A stretch of DNA of 47,190 bases from a virus (lineage: Duplodnaviria; Caudoviricetes): the IMG/VR virus record IMGVR_UViG_3300012348_000256, positions 1 to 47,190 of that record; one strand, 5' to 3'. The notes beneath the pieces were generated by a model that was given only the letters and a program-made list of their open reading frames with translations, did not search any database and was not told the DNA's origin. Positions 17,583 through 27,169 of this stretch are shown here, one piece after another (the stretch's first letter is position 1; each line of letters starts with the position of its first letter). A program made the translations under genes and the position numbers.

Positions 17583-19997
17583 TTAGGTTTGTCGCTGGGG
17601 GTTGCCACCTTTTTGGGCCCGGGTAATTGCTTGGAGCTGGGCGTTTTGCTGGGCTTGGAAATTTTGGGCTGCATTTTGTGATCCTTGTTGCTGAAGTTTT
17701 TGGGTGTCGAGCGCGACCTTGGCCTTGTCCACCATGAGGTCGCCCTGCACACGCTGGCCTTCCAGCTGGATGCGTGCTTTGTCGTTTTCATTGTCCGCGG
17801 CGTCGGCAGCAGCCTTGGCCTGGATTTCCTGTTCCTTGACCTTGACCAATGGGTCGTCGGCGGGAGCACCTTGCAATTCCGTCTGCATTTGCTTGGCTTC
17901 TTGGTAGTACTGGGCAGTTTTGATGGCGATCATCGCCTCGCGCTGCAGCGCAGATACCAAACCATCGGGGTCCGTGCCGTATTGCTGGAACAGCTCGGCC
18001 TCTGTGGACTCTTCGGCCTTCAAGCGGATGTGCTCGAAGATGTGTTTCTGGATCGTAATGCCCACCTGCGGCATTCCGGAAATCAACGGCGACAGGCCAA
18101 ACATGAGGTGGTTCATGATGTGCGCATCGTGCTGCTGACCAGCGAAAGCCTTGAGCGGAGAGCCGTCCAGCGCCTGCGAGTTCTCGCTGGCCGGGTCCTT
18201 GGGCTTGTCCACGTTCTGTGTGTTCAGGATTTGATCAACATCCCGCACGCCAATCGCTTGGTACATGCGGCGATAGGCCTCGTACATGTTGTGCATCTGC
18301 GGATTGCTCTGCGCCAACTGCAACTGGGTCTGCGCCATGGTGATGCGCTGGGCCACAGAGAAGATGTTGGGGTCAGAGACGGGCAGCACATCGATGCGGT
18401 CGTCAAAGTCTTTGCGCTTAATCGTCCGTGTCTCGCCCGGTACATCGTATGGGTACTCAGGAGGCAAGTACTCGCCAAAACCTTTGGCCAGGAGCTTGAA
18501 CTCGATCTTCTGTGCGTAGTGCAAGCGCTTGTGGATGCTGGACATGACCTGTCCGCCCTTTTCCAGCAGCGCAATCGTCGTGCCCACGGCAGCGTTCTGG
18601 TTGCTGTCGCCCACCTGCATGTCGGTGACGCTGGCCAGGCGGCGGCCTGCGTCTGCGCAAAAACCCAGCAGCGAGAACAGGGTCTGGCTTGGCTCTTTGT
18701 ATGGCAAAGGCATGAGCGTCTGGCTCAACTCCACGCCACCGGCGTCGATGTCGCGGAACTCGCCTGGCTGCAGCGGCACATCGTCGTTCATGATGCGCGC
18801 GCCTTTGGCTTTGAAGCCTGCTGGCAGGTTGGCCAGCGTTCCTGCATCGATCAGTTGGCGCAAAGCGGCAGTAGCCGCTTGGCTCAGGCCACCGACCAGG
18901 TGCAAGAAGCCCAAGCCATAAGCGCCGAGGCCCTGGACCAGCATGTAGTGGACGTAGTACTGCTTGCGGCGGTACAGCTCATCGCCCTCTTTCCAGTTGC
19001 GACGCACACCCACTGTTGCACCAGAGGTTTTGTCGATGGTGATGATGTAGGGCAGGCGCAAACCAGTTGGCTCGCCGTCTTCGTCTGTATGCTCAAAGCC
19101 TTCCAGGTCCCAATCGATCTGGAACTCGAGCAATTCCATTTCCTCGTCGTCCGCGTTGGGCGACATCTTGGTCACGCGGTCGGTTTCCTTTTGGATGATG
19201 TTGTTGCCCATGTCAGCGGTGCTGCGTTCTTGGGCGTTGTCCAGATACTGCCCGCGCAGCACGGCCTTGCGGTAGTCGTTCACGGACATCGGCACGACGT
19301 GCGTGATCCGAGCGCATTCGCTCATGACGCTCGAGCCGTTGTAGGGGATGTACAGGTTGTCAGGCAGGATCAGCTTGCTGACCATGCGACCTTTGTCTTC
19401 GTCGTAGTAGACCTTCTTGAACGCAGAGCCGCCGTAGCCTGTGTAGAACAGGAGCTGATCGAAATCAGGCGTGTACTCTTCCATCACGTCCGTGATTTGG
19501 TAGTTCATGAAGTCCCGCACGCGGTCTGCCTGCATCAACTTCTCGCGTGTCTCCTTGCCCAGCACTTGTGTGCGCACAGGGCCTTCGGCAGGCATGAGCT
19601 CCTTCAGCGCCTGGGCCTGGAACTGCACAATAGCCTCGGTCAGCAGTGGATGCGTCGCGGCTGCCGCGCCGCGGAACGGTTTGGTGCGCTCATCAAAGGT
19701 GAAGCCCAAGAGTTTCAGGCCCTTGCCGTACTGCTCTTCCCAATCTTTGCGCGAACCCTGGTCGGCTTCAAACAAAGGCATGAGCTCTGAGCTGATCTGT
19801 GCCAAGACGCCCGGATCGAGGACCTCGGCCAGGTTGGCATCAAACGGTACTTCGTCTTCTTCCTCACCAATGTTGATTTCAGCGCCGCCTTCGTCGTCAA
19901 GTACGATTTCGATGTCAGGCATTTCGCCCGCTTCGACATCTTCAATTTCGACATCTGTATTGCCAGCAGGCAGGTCGTTGTTTTTCTCGATTGGCAT
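17583..19997 (-). CDS. portal protein
   Basis: 804 aa; HPLLTEAIVQFQAQA...FMNYQI...GSAFKKVYYD...LRQLIDAGTL.NLPAGFK; downstream of terL. Confidence 0.9.
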   Translation of the reverse strand: MPIEKNNDLPAGNTDVEIEDVEAGEMPDIEIVLDDEGGAEINIGEEEDEVPFDANLAEVLDPGVLAQISSELMPLFEADQGSRKDWEEQYGKGLKLLGFTFDERTKPFRGAAAATHPLLTEAIVQFQAQALKELMPAEGPVRTQVLGKETREKLMQADRVRDFMNYQITDVMEEYTPDFDQLLFYTGYGGSAFKKVYYDEDKGRMVSKLILPDNLYIPYNGSSVMSECARITHVVPMSVNDYRKAVLRGQYLDNAQERSTADMGNNIIQKETDRVTKMSPNADDEEMELLEFQIDWDLEGFEHTDEDGEPTGLRLPYIITIDKTSGATVGVRRNWKEGDELYRRKQYYVHYMLVQGLGAYGLGFLHLVGGLSQAATAALRQLIDAGTLANLPAGFKAKGARIMNDDVPLQPGEFRDIDAGGVELSQTLMPLPYKEPSQTLFSLLGFCADAGRRLASVTDMQVGDSNQNAAVGTTIALLEKGGQVMSSIHKRLHYAQKIEFKLLAKGFGEYLPPEYPYDVPGETRTIKRKDFDDRIDVLPVSDPNIFSVAQRITMAQTQLQLAQSNPQMHNMYEAYRRMYQAIGVRDVDQILNTQNVDKPKDPASENSQALDGSPLKAFAGQQHDAHIMNHLMFGLSPLISGMPQVGITIQKHIFEHIRLKAEESTEAELFQQYGTDPDGLVSALQREAMIAIKTAQYYQEAKQMQTELQGAPADDPLVKVKEQEIQAKAAADAADNENDKARIQLEGQRVQGDLMVDKAKVALDTQKLQQQGSQNAAQNFQAQQNAQLQAITRAQKGGNPQRQT

Positions 19998-20022
19998 GTG
20001 TGTTCCTTACAGGTATTTGCGA

Positions 20023-21255
20023 TTATCGCTTGGGCGCAGACTTAGAAGGGAGCTTGATTCGCACTTCGCGGCCATCCCGACCGATATACGCATCTGCCAA
20101 CTCGCCTGGAACCTGGCGAAGATTGCCGGTGACCAGGTTTTTCAGCATATTGCCTGAAACAGACAGCGCTTTTTCGCCTCGACCCATCTTTTCGTACTTC
20201 TCTACGTTGGCTTTTCGCCCTTCGTTGTAGAAATCGTACTTGTCCGTGATCATTGTGCTGCCGTCCGGCCCTTTTTCATACACAAACCGGCCCAAAGTGT
20301 GCCCAACAGGCTGGTATCCCGGTCCAATTTCGTCGCCTTTTGGGTAATCCACGTACTGGACCGAGCCTTTTTGCGTTTTTCCCGTGCGAGTAGCCGCTCT
20401 GTCCACTGCTTGCTGCATGGCAGCGAGCTCTTCCTTGTTGAAATTGGACTCGGTGATCGGTTCGCGGTTGCCAAACAGGGTTGAGCCCAGCATCCGGATG
20501 TCCATGGGCACCACTTCCTTGAGAATTTTGGAGCCCATGGACTCTTCGCCCTCTTCCGGCGACCCGTTGGCGCGGCCAATTGGCAAACGGTACTCCAACT
20601 GGCCAGAATATGGGCCATCTTTCTGTTTCATGATCTGAGCAGACAGATTGCCAGGGCCTACGCGGGTGTTGTATCCCATGCCGTAGCCCGTGATCCGCGG
20701 GTCTTGGCCCGGGAGCCTCAAAGCATTGACGTTTCCAGTGAGCTGGCCGTCCCCCACAGGGTACGAAGCAGACACGCCGCCAGCATACAAGCCGCCCGGC
20801 GCATCCAGGGGCCGCACCATTGTCGCGCCCACGTTGCCTTCTCCCATGCGCTGATTGAGCATGGCCATCATGGCCTTGGACGAAGCCTGCTCACGCTCGG
20901 GCCGCGATCCGGCCAGCATCACCATAGCGCTGGTGTCGTTGCCCAGAGGAATCTGCGCACCAATGTTGCCAGACAACATCTCCCCTTGCGCCGTACTCTG
21001 ACGGCCACCGCCGCGCAGCATGTACAGCGCCTCGGAAGCAGGCATGTCAGGAAAAATGGTTTGAGCCAATTGCGCCTCGGCTGACGAAGTCCGCTCGGCA
21101 GAGGATTCTTCCACTTCCCCGCCATCAGCAAACCCAGGCATCTCCGCGCGCGCCATGTTGCTTTGCAGCAGGCGCATGCCCTCGTCCGCAGGCATGCCAG
21201 GATATACCATCTGCGACAGCATCTGCTGAGCGTACTCTTGCGTGTTTTGTGACAT
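20023..21255 (-). CDS. putative internal virion/ejection protein
   Basis: FADGG.V motif; Gly/Met-rich; between terL and portal. Confidence 0.45.
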   Translation of the reverse strand: MSQNTQEYAQQMLSQMVYPGMPADEGMRLLQSNMARAEMPGFADGGEVEESSAERTSSAEAQLAQTIFPDMPASEALYMLRGGGRQSTAQGEMLSGNIGAQIPLGNDTSAMVMLAGSRPEREQASSKAMMAMLNQRMGEGNVGATMVRPLDAPGGLYAGGVSASYPVGDGQLTGNVNALRLPGQDPRITGYGMGYNTRVGPGNLSAQIMKQKDGPYSGQLEYRLPIGRANGSPEEGEESMGSKILKEVVPMDIRMLGSTLFGNREPITESNFNKEELAAMQQAVDRAATRTGKTQKGSVQYVDYPKGDEIGPGYQPVGHTLGRFVYEKGPDGSTMITDKYDFYNEGRKANVEKYEKMGRGEKALSVSGNMLKNLVTGNLRQVPGELADAYIGRDGREVRIKLPSKSAPKR

Positions 21256-21303
21256 GGTTCGTGGTCCGCGGGTCAAGGAGATGGGCACATTTTAGGGGCA
21301 GCG

Positions 21304-22800
21304 TCAATAATACTCAACCACTGCATCCGCCGTGGGCCCCGCATCGTCCTGGTCGTCCGAGTCCAGAGCAATGAAGTTGCCCTGACGGAAACGCTGCAGT
21401 GCCATGGTGGTCACGTCCACCTGGTCGTCGTGGTTGCCGTTCGGAAAAGCAGCGCACTCCTCGACAAGCTCTTCGCAGCACTCCATCCCCTCGGGATACC
21501 AAACCATGCCCGACTCCAGCATAGGAGCAACAGCGTTCGCGCGGCTGAGCTTGTCCTGGTTCTGCCTACGGCCACCAGGCGAGAACATAGTGACGGGGAC
21601 CCCGATCCGGCGCAGTTCCTGCTGCAGTGGCGTGCCGGTGGCCTTGGCCTCGATCAAGACGTTGTCTGGCTTCCAGTACTGGTACTCGTCCTTGGCCACA
21701 CGCTTGAGCTCGGGGAAATCCCAACGGCCCTTGCGCACATTGAGCAAGATGAGGTTCGGGCCCGAATCAATATCGGGAGTAAATACACCCCACGTTGCAA
21801 TGACAGAGAAGTCAGCGCTCTCCTTCTTGCTGTACGCAGTGTCCATGGTTTGGAGTAAGTACTCACATTGCGGGGGTTCTGGGTCCGTCCATTTGCGCCA
21901 CCAGTTGCGCTTCAAGACCGCACCCTCGTCGTTCGTGGGCTGCTGCTGCCACTGGGCGTTCCACTTCTTCAGACCAATGGAGACCTTTACTTTCTCCAGT
22001 TCGTCGATGGGCCAGTACTCTGGCCAGAGCGGATTGCCGGAAGGCAAGATGGCCGGGAACTCCAAGACCTCCCACTGGTCAGACTTGAGGTACCCCTGCT
22101 GCTTGAGCAGACGGCCAGACAGGTCGTCTGTCTTCCAACGGGTGTTGATCACGATGATCGCGCCGCCTGGCTGCAATCGCTGACGGGGGCCCGAGGTGTA
22201 CCACTCCCAGGTGTTCTCCATGGCCGTGTCAGACAGAGCGTCCTGTTCGTCCAAGATGTCGTCCAAGATCACGATGTTGCCGCCGCGCCCGGTCATCGCG
22301 CCGCCCTTACCAATGAAGAAGGCTTCACCGCCTTGGGCCGTGTTCCACCGACCAGCAGCCTTGGAGTCCACGGACAAGGTCATGCCAGGGAAGAGCTCTT
22401 TGTACTTTTCGTCGTCCACGAGGTTACGGATCATGCGACCGAAGCGCTGAGCGAGGTCCGCGGTGTGCGAGCCAACAATGAGCTTTGCGTCAGGCTTCTT
22501 GCCCATGATGTAGGCAGGGAACAGATAGCTGCCCATCTGGCTTTTGCCGTGACGAGGGGGCATCGCGATCATCAGACGCTTGCACTCGCCTGCCACAACG
22601 CGGTCCAAGGCCTTAGCAATGATGCGGTGGTGTTCCCCAACGAGCATCTCGGGCCAGACAAAACGGCAGAAGTCCAGGAAGTTATTGGTGGACTTTTCGT
22701 GCGCCTCGAGCAACTGCATGCGCAGCTGTAGGCGCAGCATTTCTTCTTCGACGTCTTTGGGCAGAGTGTTGTGTTGCATGTGTTGTTTCACGTGGAACAT
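21304..22800 (-). CDS. terL: terminase large subunit
   Basis: Walker A MPPRHGKS, Walker B IVILDD, NTRW motif, nuclease DTAYS and HDDQVD. Start uncertain (22800 or 22779). Confidence 0.95.
   Translation of the reverse strand: MFHVKQHMQHNTLPKDVEEEMLRLQLRMQLLEAHEKSTNNFLDFCRFVWPEMLVGEHHRIIAKALDRVVAGECKRLMIAMPPRHGKSQMGSYLFPAYIMGKKPDAKLIVGSHTADLAQRFGRMIRNLVDDEKYKELFPGMTLSVDSKAAGRWNTAQGGEAFFIGKGGAMTGRGGNIVILDDILDEQDALSDTAMENTWEWYTSGPRQRLQPGGAIIVINTRWKTDDLSGRLLKQQGYLKSDQWEVLEFPAILPSGNPLWPEYWPIDELEKVKVSIGLKKWNAQWQQQPTNDEGAVLKRNWWRKWTDPEPPQCEYLLQTMDTAYSKKESADFSVIATWGVFTPDIDSGPNLILLNVRKGRWDFPELKRVAKDEYQYWKPDNVLIEAKATGTPLQQELRRIGVPVTMFSPGGRRQNQDKLSRANAVAPMLESGMVWYPEGMECCEELVEECAAFPNGNHDDQVDVTTMALQRFRQGNFIALDSDDQDDAGPTADAVVEYY
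22784..22799. promoter_or_regulatory. parS-like ParB binding site
   Basis: TGTTTCACGTGGAACA matches the bacterial parS consensus TGTTNCACGTGAAACA (reverse complement TGTTCCACGTGAAACA). Confidence 0.75.
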
Positions 22801-22929
22801 GGACCACGTTTTAGATTTTTTATATATTAACCCAGGCTTTCGTTTTTGCAAACAAGGGGGCCTATTCTGGGCCCGGGGGTCTAGGTTCTCATGGCTATTT
22901 CTATGACAAAAATAGGGCGAAGGTCACAG

Positions 22930-23170
22930 CAGCAGCGACCGGGGCCGAAAATGGCCCTCCCCCCTCCGCGGCCCGCGGCCCGCGGCCCTGGTGCCTGGCA
23001 TCGGGCGGCCTGGCCCGTGCCCCGTGCCTGGCGGCCATCGGACCCTGGCCATCGGACCCTGGACCTGGTAGCGCGGCCCGTGCCCCGTGTACCTGGTGGC
23101 CTGGCCATCGGACCCTGGCGCGCGGCCCGTGCCTGGTGGCCATCGGACCGGGGACCGGGGCCCTGGCGCG
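22930..23170. repeat. GC-rich non-coding direct-repeat tract
   Basis: GGCCATCGGACC at about 23033, 23047, 23103 and 23138; GGCCCGTGCC at about 23012, 23075 and 23124. Confidence 0.75.
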
Positions 23171-23177
23171 CGGCCAT

Positions 23178-23203
23178 AAAAAAACCCGCCAGGTGGCGGG
23201 TTT
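23178..23203 (-). terminator. rho-independent terminator
   Basis: AAACCCGCC-AGGT-GGCGGGTTT with an A7 run (U-tail on the minus strand). Confidence 0.75.
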
Positions 23204-23312
23204 CGGGGTCCAGGTCCAAGGGCCTAGCGCGGGCGAGCGCGGATCGCGGCCCTCATTTCCTCTGCAATGGCGAGCAAGCGAGCGCGCGCGATAAGGGCGC
23301 GGAGCGTGGTGG

Positions 23313-23726
23313 TCATGCTGTCACCTCTTCCAGGCACCAGGGCGCGGCCCGGTATCCTGGCAGATCGTAGGCGTCTCCCTGGTAGTCACCCGCGGCCAGG
23401 TACAGCGCGACCGCGCGGATAGCTTCGAGCGCGGCGCATGCATCAGACGCGCGCCACCCGGTCCAGTCGCTCGCCTGGTAGTCCAGGCAGTCGCAAGCCT
23501 TCACGATGGCGAGCGGGTCCAAGTGCGAAACGTCAACGATCGAAAACCCGCGGTAGTCGCTAGGCGCGCCGGGGTCCTGGTAGCGTTCCTGGTACGCGCG
23601 GCGGTTCGCCTTCGCCAGGGTACGGGCCAGGGCAGCGCGGCCCTCGCCCCCTGTGGAAACCTCGCGGCCAATGGTCCAGGACACCAGGGCGTTAATGTGG
23701 AAATCGGGAACAACAAAACAGCTCAT
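23313..23726 (-). CDS. hypothetical protein
   Basis: SD AGAGGATAG; KAC.CLDYQAS...W motif. Confidence 0.65.
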   Translation of the reverse strand: MSCFVVPDFHINALVSWTIGREVSTGGEGRAALARTLAKANRRAYQERYQDPGAPSDYRGFSIVDVSHLDPLAIVKACDCLDYQASDWTGWRASDACAALEAIRAVALYLAAGDYQGDAYDLPGYRAAPWCLEEVTA

Positions 23727-23981
23727 GACTCTATCCTCTATAAGTTGACCTGGTGCAGGGAATCCGCACCAGTGACGCTATTATTGCACGACAAAAACCC
23801 CGAAAACATAGGGGAAAACCCTAGTTTCGGGGTATTTTTGGCCAGGTCCCCACGTTTCAAGACGTGTGAGGCAGGGACCGGGGGCCTGGTTTAGCTATAC
23901 CGGAATTAACCGACCGGGCGGTATCGTTTTCCGCACCTGTCGGTCGGGAAACCCCTTTTTTGAGGGTTTCCAGGGTCCAGG

Positions 23982-24638
23982 TTAATCGCGCGCCTGTTTC
24001 ATCATGAAAACTTTGGCCATTTTGCGACCGTGGGCAGGGTAGCAGATCAGGGGAATTGTCTTGTCCCAGCAAGCCCTGCACCCGCTGCACTTGCCCTCAT
24101 GCTCATAAGCCCTGCACAGTGACGCGCCTGGGTGATCTTGGAATGTCTCAGCGCTTGGACCGATAACCGAACCATGCAAGCCAGGGATATATTCCCCGGT
24201 GATGCTATCCGCGGAGAATCGGACGCTGACATTGTCCAGAGCTTTCATTTGGTCCAGGACCTGGCGAAACTTCGGGAATTTATGCATCCGGGTAGGGAGC
24301 CAGTGTTTCACCCAGGGCGTGCGCTGCATCACTTCGAAAACCTTTTCAGCCAAGGCCAGGCTGTACAGGTCGCCGCTGTCGAGCCATCGAAAATAACGAT
24401 CACGCTCGAGCTCGCGCACCATGTCATCGCACCATTCCAGGCGGGTCCAGTCTGTCCGGTTAAATTCCCGGGGGGCTTTCACGTTGGAGAAAACATAATT
24501 TCCCGTTGTCGCGTAGCACCCCTTGCATGCATCCACCAGGACGCCAGGGGATTCGAGGGAACCAGGGCAAGTGTCCAGGGCCTGCAGGGACCAGGACCGG
24601 ATTCCGTCGAGCTTGGATGTAACGCTGATTTTTGGCAT
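23982..24638 (-). CDS. Gp88-like Cys-rich (radical-SAM-like) phage protein
   Basis: SKL...SWSL.A..TCPG...CKGCYA...YFRWLDSGD...HWLPTR...CSGCRACW. Confidence 0.7.
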   Translation of the reverse strand: MPKISVTSKLDGIRSWSLQALDTCPGSLESPGVLVDACKGCYATTGNYVFSNVKAPREFNRTDWTRLEWCDDMVRELERDRYFRWLDSGDLYSLALAEKVFEVMQRTPWVKHWLPTRMHKFPKFRQVLDQMKALDNVSVRFSADSITGEYIPGLHGSVIGPSAETFQDHPGASLCRAYEHEGKCSGCRACWDKTIPLICYPAHGRKMAKVFMMKQARD

Positions 24639-24645
24639 AAAAACT

Positions 24646-24733
24646 CTATCCTCTATGGTTGCCGGGTCATTCCGGTGATGCATCATAACACTAAATCAAT
24701 AGCCGCGCTATTTATTTTATTAGTGTTTTCCCT
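24646..24733 (-). promoter_or_regulatory. repeated promoter-hairpin-RBS unit, copy 1
   Basis: About 88 bp, near-identical to 25224-25310; TGTTATGAT extended -10, CCGG hairpin, AGAGGATAG SD. Confidence 0.65.
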
Positions 24734-25002
24734 TATTGGTCATCATGTGGAAAAGCTTGGTCACCAGGACCATTCGGACTAGGTGCAGATATTCCCATTT
24801 TGACATCGGGGGCGGAGCGCCTGGTGATGGCCCGGAGCGCATGAGCGCCAGCGCCTGGCGGCGCGCCTGGCGGCGGCGCATCATACCCGCCAGATAAAAA
24901 GGTCCAGGACCAGGACGATCACCAGGGCCAACAAGAAAACCACGCGGACCACGCGGTCCCCGGTGGTCATGTCACGCGCGCAAAACTCAAAAATATCATG
25001 TC

Positions 25003-25218
25003 TCATGATGCAAGCCATTCATCATAAGTTTTGAGCGGAGCGCCGCCGCGGGTGATATCTCCGCCCTTGCCATCGTTGGCACAGCTCAGATAAATCTGAT
25101 ACTCATTGTCATTAGTACCCCTTGCCCGGGTCTGCCAGTTGGCATTGTCTCGCTGCATCTGCTGATAATGCAGGCGGGCATCCTGGCGATCAAAACCGCC
25201 GCGTCTGGTTGTGTACAT
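25003..25218 (-). CDS. hypothetical protein
   Basis: SD AGAGGATAG; ends KTYDEWLAS. Confidence 0.6.
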   Translation of the reverse strand: MYTTRRGGFDRQDARLHYQQMQRDNANWQTRARGTNDNEYQIYLSCANDGKGGDITRGGAPLKTYDEWLAS

Positions 25219-25223
25219 GGTCG

Positions 25224-25310
25224 CTATCCTCTATGTTGCCGGGTCATTCCGGTGATGAATCATAACATCAAATCAATAGCGCGCCTATTTATTTTATAGG
25301 GGTTTTCCCT
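25224..25310 (-). promoter_or_regulatory. repeated promoter-hairpin-RBS unit, copy 2
   Basis: Direct repeat of 24646-24733. Confidence 0.65.
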
Positions 25311-25711
25311 GACAGGATGTTGGCCAACTCTTCCCAGGGCATGCCCCGATTCGGCCATGCGGCCAGGGGTTCCAGGCGCAGACCTTGCTCGGCCAACTCC
25401 ATCGCCTGGCGGCCATGGTACAAAACAATCCGGCCAGGGCGAACCACCGTGCTGACCTGGTGAATCAGGACATAACAGGGGCGGCCACGCGCTGCATGGC
25501 GGGTCAAAAATGCAATCTGATGGGGTCGGAGCGTGACTTTCAAACCACGCGACACGGCTTTGAGCTCGATGGAGACAAAGCGATCACCCGCACCCACCAA
25601 CAAATCAGAGACGCCCAGGTTCACCCGGTTTTCAATCCGCTCGGTATCCATGTCAAACGGGCGCAACCCATCGCGCACACGGGCAGCAAAAGCGGCTTCA
25701 GGTGTTGACAT
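25289..25711 (-). CDS. PD-(D/E)XK nuclease, VRR-NUC/Holliday-junction-resolvase-like
   Basis: RIEN...GVSDL...IELK...LRPHQIAF. Confidence 0.75.
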   Translation of the reverse strand: MSTPEAAFAARVRDGLRPFDMDTERIENRVNLGVSDLLVGAGDRFVSIELKAVSRGLKVTLRPHQIAFLTRHAARGRPCYVLIHQVSTVVRPGRIVLYHGRQAMELAEQGLRLEPLAAWPNRGMPWEELANILSGKTPIK

Positions 25712-26372
25712 CATCGGGTCCCAGATCGTTATCCCGTTCAAAGATATCGGGGGCAGGTTCTGCCACCGGAGAGACAAAAGCGGGGTCTTTTTCACGGTCT
25801 ATGCTTTCAATCACCTGGCCGGTGCTTGCATCAATCAGCGCGCTCGGAGGCGGTCCACCGTACAGGGCCTTCAATTCGTCCAGCTTGCGCTGCACTTCCT
25901 CTTTCGACATCGAATCGATGGTCCCGTGCCTGATTTCCTTGCGGTCAATGTAGATTGACCCCAGGGCCTGACCACGGCGATATTCTGCCTGCACGGCAGC
26001 AGCATAAGCCCCAGCTTCCAGGGCTTTGTCCCGGATAAGCTGCAGGTCCTTCATGTGCCGCTCGTATGACGTGTTGTATTTGCTGTTCAGCTCTGCCCGG
26101 TATGCTTGGATAGCAGAGACCACGTGAGGGTTGATCTCGGGGTTTGTCAGCTTCCAAGCCATCACTGAGGCGCTTGTGGGCCTGTACCCAGCCCTGATAG
26201 CCGCCTCTTTCATGGTCACCCGACCATCCCCCGTCACCAGCTCAGAAACAAACTTCCATTCCTTGCCAGACAGGATTTTCTGTTTACGCAGCGGGGCCAC
26301 CTCGGTGGCCATGCGCGACTGAGCCTTGTCCCGGATCACAGGGGGCACGTTCCAAACATCCCGCTTGGTCAT
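25698..26372 (-). CDS. terS: terminase small subunit
   Basis: N-terminal HTH (KFV...EAAIRAGY..ASVMAWKL), then LQLIRDKALE...AAVQAEY.RGQALG. Confidence 0.75.
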   Translation of the reverse strand: MTKRDVWNVPPVIRDKAQSRMATEVAPLRKQKILSGKEWKFVSELVTGDGRVTMKEAAIRAGYRPTSASVMAWKLTNPEINPHVVSAIQAYRAELNSKYNTSYERHMKDLQLIRDKALEAGAYAAAVQAEYRRGQALGSIYIDRKEIRHGTIDSMSKEEVQRKLDELKALYGGPPPSALIDASTGQVIESIDREKDPAFVSPVAEPAPDIFERDNDLGPDDVNT

Positions 26373-26584
26373 GCAATTCTCCAGAGACGCCAACCGCTCT
26401 CAACCCGGCGCAACTGAAACGACCAGTCAGGAGCATGCGACCGGACAAAGCGCAGCGCAGACACCCGGGCAGAGTTGGCCTGTTTCTCGTCAACAAAGCG
26501 GATTGAATCCCCCGGCAGCATGTCGCCAAAGGGGTACTTTGTACGCCCCATGGGCATCTCAATGCCCGACTCAATCTGAAACAT
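26369..26584 (-). CDS. small putative DNA-binding protein
   Basis: KYPFGDMLPGDSI...GWRLWRIA. Confidence 0.6.
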   Translation of the reverse strand: MFQIESGIEMPMGRTKYPFGDMLPGDSIRFVDEKQANSARVSALRFVRSHAPDWSFQLRRVESGWRLWRIA

Positions 26585-26633
26585 CTGTGCGCTCCTGTAA
26601 CCTGTTGCAGCAAGTGTACCAGGGGCAGCGTGT

Positions 26634-26846
26634 TCAGGCAATCCGGACAATGCGCCAGCCCTGATCTACCCGCAGCTTCGCGAACTTCTTACCAGGGTTG
26701 ACCTTGGCATGGTGCTGGGCAGAGTTGTATGCGCTCTTGGCCACCTCTTGGATCGTGACCAGGAAATACTCGCCGATGGCCATCGTAGCAAACGGGTATC
26801 GAAACCTTACGCCAGTGGCCGGGAACAGGATGTGATCTGGAACCAT
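26634..26846 (-). CDS. small putative DNA-binding protein, paralog of 26369-26584
   Basis: RYPFATMAIGEYF...GWRIVRIA. Confidence 0.6.
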   Translation of the reverse strand: MVPDHILFPATGVRFRYPFATMAIGEYFLVTIQEVAKSAYNSAQHHAKVNPGKKFAKLRVDQGWRIVRIA

Positions 26847-27139
26847 GTGTCCTCCTATAGGGGTCTACGTACTATTTCATGAAAAAGTTTTTTCAAAAAG
26901 CATCTCGCGGAGCTCCCCTGAAAATTTCACCTATTTCATCCCTGTACACCAATATTTTTTGGTGTAATGACCTATCTCTCCCCTGATCATAACGTCTATT
27001 ACGTCAAAAAGCTAGTTTTACCAGTGTTGTCAATTTCAAACTCATTTTTTTCTGCCAGATTCTCTATAGGACCCGCCTAAACCCCGGTCCACGGTCCTTT
27101 CACAGGGTTTACCCCTACAAAATAAACCACTTTCTGTAC

Positions 27140-27169
27140 TTGCTATACAAACACAGTACCGCTTATAAT
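27140..27169 (+). promoter_or_regulatory. sigma70-like promoter for the plus-strand mini-gene array
   Basis: TTGCTA-N18-TATAAT upstream of SD AAGGATAG and ATG 27208. Confidence 0.6.

Noticed and set aside
17531-17674. Small basic ORF (MQPKISK...) overlapping the portal 3' end
   Set aside because: It overlaps the portal by about 90 nt and has no clear SD. It may be real but cannot be supported.
17685-19790. Long antisense ORFs (also 3105-4178, 9096-10325, 45443-46837 and others)
   Set aside because: These are shadow frames of strongly codon-biased genes on the opposite strand, with no recognisable motifs.
22930-23170. CRISPR array or protein-coding ORFs in the GC-rich repeats
   Set aside because: Repeats are short and irregularly spaced without unique spacers; the ORFs are low-complexity Arg/Pro/Gly artefacts.
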